From: Candidatus Eiseniibacteriota bacterium | GTDB taxonomy: Bacteria; Eisenbacteria; RBG-16-71-46; JABDJR01 | DNA length: 64,000 nt | Assembly: GCA_963783375.1 (NCBI GenBank) | Contig: CAWANH010000029.1 | Location: forward strand, 1,568,001-1,632,000 | Direction of reading: 5' to 3' | Part shown: positions 57,974 through 64,000 of the stretch, piece after piece | Numbering within the stretch: position 1 is the stretch's first letter | Layout of the letters: the number at the start of each line of letters is the position of its first letter | Notes under the pieces: generated by a model | Database searches by the model: none | The model's input: only the letters and a program-made list of their open reading frames with translations | What the model was told of the DNA's origin: nothing | Position numbers and translations under genes: made by a program

Positions 57974-58080
57974 GATGAACAAGGTTTGTTCGCTTTGTGT
58001 TTGGTCATTGTACAGTACAAATCATCCGAGTCAAGCTTTTTGTTCAAGATTTGTTCGGGTACTTGACCAAACATGTGGTA
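57974..58080. promoter_or_regulatory. CarH/LitR-type operator with 11-bp-period repeats in a divergent promoter
   Basis: TGAAC 57976, TGTTC 57987, TGTTT 57998, TGTAC 58009; second set TGTTC 58041, TGTTC 58052, TGTGG 58074; AT-rich. Confidence 0.65.
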
Positions 58081-58124
58081 AAGTTCGGTCAGGGGAGCCG
58101 ATCAACATCGAGGTGAGTCCATAG

Positions 58125-59087
58125 ATGGCTAAAACGAAAGAAGTTAACGGCGACGAGCCCCGCCACCCCATCCAGGTGGTAGCCCGGCGGACCGGCATAT
58201 CCGCGGACCTCATCCGGATGTGGGAAAAGCGCTACCGGGTGGTCCGGCCCGGCCGGACCTCCGGGGGACGACGCGCCTACACCGATGCGGACGTGGAGAA
58301 GCTCCGTCTTCTCCGCGAGGCCACCCTGGGCGGGCGGCGGATCAGCGACGTGGCCGGCCTCTCCACCCCGGAACTCAGAGCAATGATCCTCGAGGACGTG
58401 ACCACAACCGCCGTCCGTCCTCCGTCCCCCGCCGGGCCCGGTTCCCTGGAGCCGGCGGCGCTCATCCAGGACTGCCTCACCGCGGTTCGCTCCATGGATG
58501 CCGAGCGCCTGCAGGTCCTGGTGATGCGCACCTTGAGCTCGTTCTCGCTCGACGCGCTGGTGGAGGATCTCCTCGCCCCTCTCTTTCGCCGCATCGGGGA
58601 GGAGTGGGAGGCGGGCAGGCTCGAGGTCTTCCAGGAGCACCTCGCCACCTCGGTCACCCGGACGGTGCTCATGCACATCCTTTCGACGCAACGATCGGGG
58701 GGCCACGCCATCGTTCTCTCCACCCCCAGCGGGCAATCCCACGAGATCGGGCTGATGTTCGCGGCCATGGTCGCCGCCAGTGCGGGCTGGCGCGTGGTCT
58801 ACCTGGGGCCGGACCTCCCGGCGGAGGAGATCGCCAAGGCCGCCCGTCTTGGGAGGGCGCGGGTGGTGGCGATCAGCCTGGTCGCTTCCGACGAATCCCC
58901 GGAACTCGAGACCGAGCTTCTCCGCCTGGGAGATCTCCTGCCCGCGGAGTCGATCCTCGTGGTGGGGGGAGCGGGCCGGGAAGCCCAACGGGAGGCGCTG
59001 ACCAGGATCGGGGCGGTCACCGTGTCCGACGTCCGCGAGTTCCGAGAGGTCCTCGACCGGACGGCGGCCCAGACGAACCGTTCCTGA
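58125..59087 (+). CDS. MerR-family B12-binding regulator (CarH/LitR-like)
   Basis: HTH with IRMWEKRY and R.Y; W-x9-EH (WEAGRLEVFQEH); HEIG; YLGPDLP. Confidence 0.88.
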   Translation: MAKTKEVNGDEPRHPIQVVARRTGISADLIRMWEKRYRVVRPGRTSGGRRAYTDADVEKLRLLREATLGGRRISDVAGLSTPELRAMILEDVTTTAVRPPSPAGPGSLEPAALIQDCLTAVRSMDAERLQVLVMRTLSSFSLDALVEDLLAPLFRRIGEEWEAGRLEVFQEHLATSVTRTVLMHILSTQRSGGHAIVLSTPSGQSHEIGLMFAAMVAASAGWRVVYLGPDLPAEEIAKAARLGRARVVAISLVASDESPELETELLRLGDLLPAESILVVGGAGREAQREALTRIGAVTVSDVREFREVLDRTAAQTNRS

Positions 59088-59150
59088 ATCCTCGCGCATC
59101 TGCACCACCCCATCGGGGGCCAGAAACGTGGCCGGCGGAGGATCCCGGAG

Positions 59151-59711
59151 TCAGGCGAATTCGTGGAGAGGACGCGCTATTCCCGCCGGAACCACCGCCC
59201 CGGTTTCATCCCGGAGTTCCAGATCGACGTTGTTCTCACGGTCGCCGCGGAGCAGGTAGGACGAATAGGTTCCGGACTCGGGACCCCGGGGGGACGACGC
59301 GCTGTGATACGGAGCGAGCCGGGTCCGGCCGTACTCCTAGACCGGAACGCCGTCGACGCAGAGGATCTCCGGACCGGGCCGGAGCCCCTGCACCCCGAGC
59401 GCGTCGTCCAGGATGCGCATCACGTAGACCCGGCCATCAATCCGGCGGGTGTCGACCACCGGGCGAGAATACATCCGGCGAAAGACCTCGTTCGGGACGT
59501 TGACGATGGTGTGTCCGTCCTCCAGCTTCGCCCACACGTTCATCAGCACCCGGTAGTAGTCCGCGGTTGACCGGGTGGCCCGCACTTCCGGCAGGGCATC
59601 GAAGCACACCCGGTCCCAATCCAGACGCGGCACCCGGTCGAAATGGACGAAGCCGTACTTCCCCTCGGCCCAGACCCGCGCGAGCCCCGCGGTCTCCTCG
59701 CGGTCCGTCAC
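59151..59711 (-). pseudogene. N-terminal fragment of an S41-type peptidase with an in-frame TAG at 59337-59339
   Basis: LDWD, YYRVL, L.DGHT, EIL.VDG.PV, then after TAG EYGRTRLAPY.SAS...YLLRG; no signal peptide or catalytic domain. Confidence 0.55.
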
Positions 59712-59714
59712 GGA

Positions 59715-62099
59715 TCAACGTATGACGGTGACCCGTCCCCGGCCGATGCGCTCCGTGGTTCCGATCCGGATGTAGTAGGTGCCCGCCGCCACCGGCCGAC
59801 CGCTCCCGTCCCGGCCGTCCCACTGCAGGCGGTGCGGCCCCGCGGCCAGGCTCCCCAGGCTCCGGCGAAACACGGTGCGTCCCTGGACGTCAAGGATCCG
59901 GAGGTCCACCTTGCCCGGCGCCTCCAGGTCGAACGCGATCGTGCTTGCGGCGCGGAAGGGGTTGGGGAAAGCCCGGACGCGAGCGGGGGAGGGTGGGATT
60001 CCGGAACCGGGCCCCACCGCGGTCTGGCTCATGGCCCAGCTCGAGAGGCCCTCGGCCGCGGCCCCGCCGGCGTGATGGAAGTCGCCGCCCGCAAAGAGCG
60101 ATCCGCCGTGGGTCCCCAGCGCCCAGCCGTCATCGTCGAGCCCGCTCCCCATCGGTTGCCAGCTCGTTCCGTCCCACCGGGCGATGTGTTCGAGCGGCCC
60201 GGACCCACCGGCGGTGAACTCGCCGGTGATGAAGAGCTCGCCGTTGTAGGCCGCCATGGCGAACACGCGCGCGTTGACCCCGTCGCCGACCGCCGCCCAG
60301 CTCGATCCGTCCCAGACGGCCACCCGATTGGCCGGGCTTCCGGCCACCGAGGTGAAGGTTCCCGCGATGTAGAGCTTGCCGTTCAGGACGACCAGGCCGT
60401 ACACGGTGCCGTTCAGCGCGCTTCCGCCGATCTCGCTCCACGCGGAGCCGTCCCACGCCGCCAGGCCGGTTACCGACGTCCCGCCGATCGAGACGAAGTT
60501 CCCGCCGACCACCACCTTGCCGTCGTACCCGGCCAGGGCGGTGAGGAAGCTGTTGGAGTTGCCGCCGACCTTCTGCCAGGCAGAGCCGTCCCACCGCGCC
60601 ACCGCGTACCCGGCGTCGTAGATGCCGGCGTAGAGGCCTCCGCCGATCACCGCCATCGTGTGCACGATGCCCCCGGAGGGGAGGGCCATGGCGCTCCAGG
60701 CCGACCCGTCCCACCGCGCCACCTGGTAGGCCGGTGATCCCCCGGCGGCGGTGAAGTTGCCGCCGACGATCAGGTCGCCCTGGTAGTCCGCCATCGCCTC
60801 CACCGATCCGATGTAGCTCCCGGTGATCCCGGAGCCGAGCGCGTTCCACTGGGTTCCGTCCCAGGAGGCGAGGAGGCTCCCCGACACGTCTCCGAACCGG
60901 GTGCGCGTGCCTCCCACCACGAGTTGGCCGTCGTACTCCTGGAAGGCCCGGATCCCGGCGCTGGCGCCGTCTCCCTCGGCCAGGGGGGTCCAGGTCGAGC
61001 CGTCGTAGCCGATGAGGTTGGCGGCGTTCACGTAGTTCATGGAGTTGAAGATGCCGCCGACGACCAGGTTCCCGCCCCAGGTGCAGTAGGTGAACGCGGC
61101 GCCTCCCCAGATGGTCCCCGCCCAGTACGACCCGTTCCAGACTTGGGTGATGTAGGAGCCGTCGGAGACCAGCAGCTCGCCGGCGTAGTCCCCGATCGCG
61201 TACGCGCCGCCCGAGAAGTCCGCGCCGGTTCCAATCGTGCCCCAGGAGCCGTCGTAGGCGGCGAAGTTGACCAGTGTTTGGCCTCCGGCCTGGGCGAACT
61301 CTCCGGTGACGATGAGCTTGTTGTCGTACACGTGAAGATGTTCGCCGTATGCGTTGAAGGCGTCGCCGGTCTCGTCGGTCAGGCCGCCGATGCTGCTCCA
61401 GGCGGTGCCGTTCCAGCGGGCAATGTTCGAGGCGCCGATGTAACCGGCCACGTCGAACTCCCCGGTGACGTAGAGGTCCCCGCCGTAGGACGCCACGGCC
61501 GAGCCGTATCCGCTGTCGATCCCGCCCTGAAAGGTGTCCCAGGAGGACCCGTCCCAACCGGCCACGCTCCCGGCCGGGGTTCCTCCGCCGACCTCGCTGA
61601 AGTACCCCACCACGACCAGCTCACCGTCGTAGACCGCCATGTCGTTCACGCCGTAGTCGGCGCCGCCCCCCACTGCCACCCAGTCCGACCCCGTCCAGCG
61701 GGCGAGCCCGGCCAGCGGGGTCCCGTCGGGATGGTCGAAGTAACCGCCGGCGTAGAGCTCGCCGTTGTAGATGCACAACGTGTAAACCTCGCCGTCGAGG
61801 CCCTCGCCCAGGGGGGTCCAGGCGCTCCCGTCGTAGACGGCCACGCCGGCGGCGGCCACGCTGCCCACGAACCGGAACTCCCCGCCGATCACGAGCTGGC
61901 CGTTGTAGACCACCGAGGCGTCGACCGCGCCGTCGGTCCCCGGAACGCTCCAATGCGACTCCCAGAACTCATCGCCTGGCGCCGCCGACGCGGGGGCGGC
62001 GAGGCAGGCGAGCAGGACGAGCAGGATGAGCCCCCACCACCCCCGGGTCCGGGGCGGCATACGATAGGGGGGGCAGGCGGGTGATGACTTGGGATGCAT
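59715..62099 (-). CDS. Secreted beta-propeller repeat protein with FlgD/T9SS-like tail
   Basis: Signal peptide; repeated L.VGG.F...A.WDG..W units; tail FPNPF...WDGRD..G..VAAG.Y. Confidence 0.85.
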   Translation of the reverse strand: MHPKSSPACPPYRMPPRTRGWWGLILLVLLACLAAPASAAPGDEFWESHWSVPGTDGAVDASVVYNGQLVIGGEFRFVGSVAAAGVAVYDGSAWTPLGEGLDGEVYTLCIYNGELYAGGYFDHPDGTPLAGLARWTGSDWVAVGGGADYGVNDMAVYDGELVVVGYFSEVGGGTPAGSVAGWDGSSWDTFQGGIDSGYGSAVASYGGDLYVTGEFDVAGYIGASNIARWNGTAWSSIGGLTDETGDAFNAYGEHLHVYDNKLIVTGEFAQAGGQTLVNFAAYDGSWGTIGTGADFSGGAYAIGDYAGELLVSDGSYITQVWNGSYWAGTIWGGAAFTYCTWGGNLVVGGIFNSMNYVNAANLIGYDGSTWTPLAEGDGASAGIRAFQEYDGQLVVGGTRTRFGDVSGSLLASWDGTQWNALGSGITGSYIGSVEAMADYQGDLIVGGNFTAAGGSPAYQVARWDGSAWSAMALPSGGIVHTMAVIGGGLYAGIYDAGYAVARWDGSAWQKVGGNSNSFLTALAGYDGKVVVGGNFVSIGGTSVTGLAAWDGSAWSEIGGSALNGTVYGLVVLNGKLYIAGTFTSVAGSPANRVAVWDGSSWAAVGDGVNARVFAMAAYNGELFITGEFTAGGSGPLEHIARWDGTSWQPMGSGLDDDGWALGTHGGSLFAGGDFHHAGGAAAEGLSSWAMSQTAVGPGSGIPPSPARVRAFPNPFRAASTIAFDLEAPGKVDLRILDVQGRTVFRRSLGSLAAGPHRLQWDGRDGSGRPVAAGTYYIRIGTTERIGRGRVTVIR

Positions 62100-62187
62100 G
62101 GTATTCTCCTCTCACGCCGTATGCTCCGCGGAAGGCGCGGCCTTCCACCTCATAGACCGCAATCCCGAGCCGAAAGGGCTCACGCTC

Positions 62188-62760
62188 ATGAGCAACGACG
62201 ACTCCGCTCGCGTCACCCACCTCCTGGCCGAGGTGGCATCAGGCCGGCCAGAGGCCATGGACGACCTCCTCCCCCTGATCTACACCGAGCTCCGTAACAT
62301 CGCGCGGCGGCAGCGCTTTCGGCATCGACCCTACGAGACGCTTCACACCACCGCGCTGGTCAACGAGGCATTCCTGCGCCTGGCCGGGAAGTCCGGAGCG
62401 ACCTGGGAGGACCGGACGCATTTCCTGAGCGCGGCCGCGCTGGCCATGCGAAGCGTCCTCGTGGACTACGCCCGGCGGCAGCGGGCGGCCAAGCGAGGCG
62501 GCGGCGCCGTCCACCACCCCATCGAGGAGTTCCGCGATCTCCCGGAGATCAACGACGACGAGGTCCTGGAGGTCCACACCGCCCTCGATCGGCTGGCGGC
62601 CCAGGACCCGCGCCAGGCCCAGGTGGTCGAGCTCCGGTACTTCGTGGGCTTAAGCGTCCGGGAGACCGCCGAAGCGCTGGAGATCTCCCCGGCCTCCGTC
62701 AAGCGGGAGTGGGCCATGGCCCGCGCATGGCTGAAACGCGACCTCGAGGCGGGATCGTGA
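62188..62760 (+). CDS. ECF sigma factor, kinase-associated type (TIGR02999/ECF43-like)
   Basis: LLPLIYTELR, TLHTTALVNEA, MR.VLVDYAR...AAKRGG, VELRYFVGL, VKREW..ARAWL. Confidence 0.92.
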   Translation: MSNDDSARVTHLLAEVASGRPEAMDDLLPLIYTELRNIARRQRFRHRPYETLHTTALVNEAFLRLAGKSGATWEDRTHFLSAAALAMRSVLVDYARRQRAAKRGGGAVHHPIEEFRDLPEINDDEVLEVHTALDRLAAQDPRQAQVVELRYFVGLSVRETAEALEISPASVKREWAMARAWLKRDLEAGS

Positions 62761-62827
62761 GCCCCGGGGAGGGGGTTTTCCGGTTTCTGAGACGACGGGG
62801 GACGACCGGGAACGGCACGGAGCGACC

Positions 62828-64000
62828 ATGACCCTACTCGACGTGGACACCTGGAACCGGGTCAAGCGGATCTTCTCCGGGGCGGCGGAGCGTTCCGCCG
62901 CGGACCGCACGGCCTACCTGGACCGGGCCTGCGCGGACGACCCGCGGCTCCGCGCCGAGGTCGAGTCCCTGCTCACGGCCCACGACCGGGCGGTCCTGGA
63001 CGGCGACCTGGACTCCCCGTTCCTGGAGCCGGGGCCGGATCCGAACCTGGGACGCCGCCTCGGTCCCTGGCGGCTCACGCGCCACCTGGGAAGCGGGGGC
63101 ATGGGGACCGTATACCTCGGCATCCGCGACGAGGGTGACTTCGAACAGCGGGTCGCGGTCAAGTTCGTTCGCGGGGTAGACCCGGGGGCCATCCGCCGGT
63201 TCCGTACCGAACGACGGATCCTGGCCCGCCTGGCCCATCCCCACATCGCCCGCCTGCTCGACGGGGGGCGCACCGAGGATGGTCTCCCCTACCTGGTCAT
63301 GGAGTACGTGTCGGGGGAGCCCATCACTACCTACTGCCGCGAGCGCAATCTATCGCTGGAGGAGCGACTCCGCCTCTTCGCACCGGTGTGCGAGGCGGTC
63401 GAGTTCGCCCACCACCACCTGGTGGTCCACCGTGACATCAAGCCGTCCAACATTCTGGTCACCGGGGACGGCGTGGTGAAGCTGCTCGACTTCGGGATCG
63501 CCAAGCTGATGGAATCCGAGGAGGAAACCCGGGACGGACTCACCCACACCCTGAACCGGGCGATGACCCCCGACTACGCCAGTCCCGAACAGATCCTGGG
63601 CGAACCGGTGACCACCCTGTCCGACGTCTACGCCCTCGGGGTCCTGCTATTCGAGCTGCTCGCGGACCGGGCCCCCTACCGGACCGCCGAACTCACCCCT
63701 CGCGAGCTGGAGCGGCTGGTCTGCGACACCCCGCCTCCGCGCGTCTCGGAAGCGGCGCCGCCGGGGAGGAAACGGCGGCTCAAGGGGGATCTCGACACGA
63801 TCGTGGCCTCGGCCATGCATCGCGATCCGGCCCGGCGGCCCGCGTCGGCCCGGGAATTCCTGGCCGACCTTGGCCGGTACCGCTCGGGCCGGCCGATCAG
63901 CGCCCGGGCGGACAGCGCGACCTATAGCCTGCGGAAATTCGTGTCCCGGAACCGGGCGGGGGTCGGGATCGCGTTCGCGCTCCTGGTCGTCCTCGCCGGC
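62828..64000 (+). CDS. Ser/Thr protein kinase, runs off the 3' end (absent from the ORF track)
   Basis: My translation from ATG 62828: GSGGMGTVY, VAVK, HRDIKPSN, DFGIAK, MTPDYASPEQ, GDLDTIV; TM helix starts at the window end. Confidence 0.9.
   Translation, partial: MTLLDVDTWNRVKRIFSGAAERSAADRTAYLDRACADDPRLRAEVESLLTAHDRAVLDGDLDSPFLEPGPDPNLGRRLGPWRLTRHLGSGGMGTVYLGIRDEGDFEQRVAVKFVRGVDPGAIRRFRTERRILARLAHPHIARLLDGGRTEDGLPYLVMEYVSGEPITTYCRERNLSLEERLRLFAPVCEAVEFAHHHLVVHRDIKPSNILVTGDGVVKLLDFGIAKLMESEEETRDGLTHTLNRAMTPDYASPEQILGEPVTTLSDVYALGVLLFELLADRAPYRTAELTPRELERLVCDTPPPRVSEAAPPGRKRRLKGDLDTIVASAMHRDPARRPASAREFLADLGRYRSGRPISARADSATYSLRKFVSRNRAGVGIAFALLVVLAG

Noticed and set aside
59337-59339. Pyrrolysine codon
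   Set aside because: No pyl genes in the window and the read-through product would still be a truncated fragment

Overview
A GC-rich bacterial chromosomal window with no rRNA, tRNA, CRISPR array or transposase that I can recognise. Two secreted proteins with FlgD/T9SS-like C-terminal tails, many Ser/Thr kinases and an octaheme lipoprotein suggest a diderm FCB-type lineage such as Eisenbacteria, Krumholzibacteriota or Latescibacterota (inference only). In order it holds: hydrolase, ACT protein, aquaporin, DUF1223, an archaeal-type gatE-gatD pair, a two-component system with TolC/RND efflux, a small zinc-ribbon protein split by an in-frame UGA followed by a SECIS-like hairpin, a DRG/TGS GTPase, an ArnT-like glycosyltransferase, an octaheme cytochrome, a DASS transporter, four tandem kinase/TolB-propeller receptors, an MFS transporter, a CCCGGG-palindrome array, an arginine operon (argR-argG-X-argC-argD-argF'-argB-argE-argH), tonB-exbBD, a B12 radical SAM, pepQ/pip, a CarH/LitR regulator with 11-bp operator repeats, and an ECF sigma factor/kinase pair. 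The best novelty candidates are: (1) gene X, a DUF1611/DgcN-like P-loop protein in an arg operon lacking argA/argJ whose ArgF' has the succinyl-type residue, so X may be a new N-acyl(succinyl)glutamate synthase; (2) a probable unannotated selenoprotein; (3) GatDE in a bacterium; (4) a receptor-kinase array with homogenised kinases and diverged sensor domains. At least four single-base frameshifts look like sequencing errors. All family calls come from motif recognition, not database searches.
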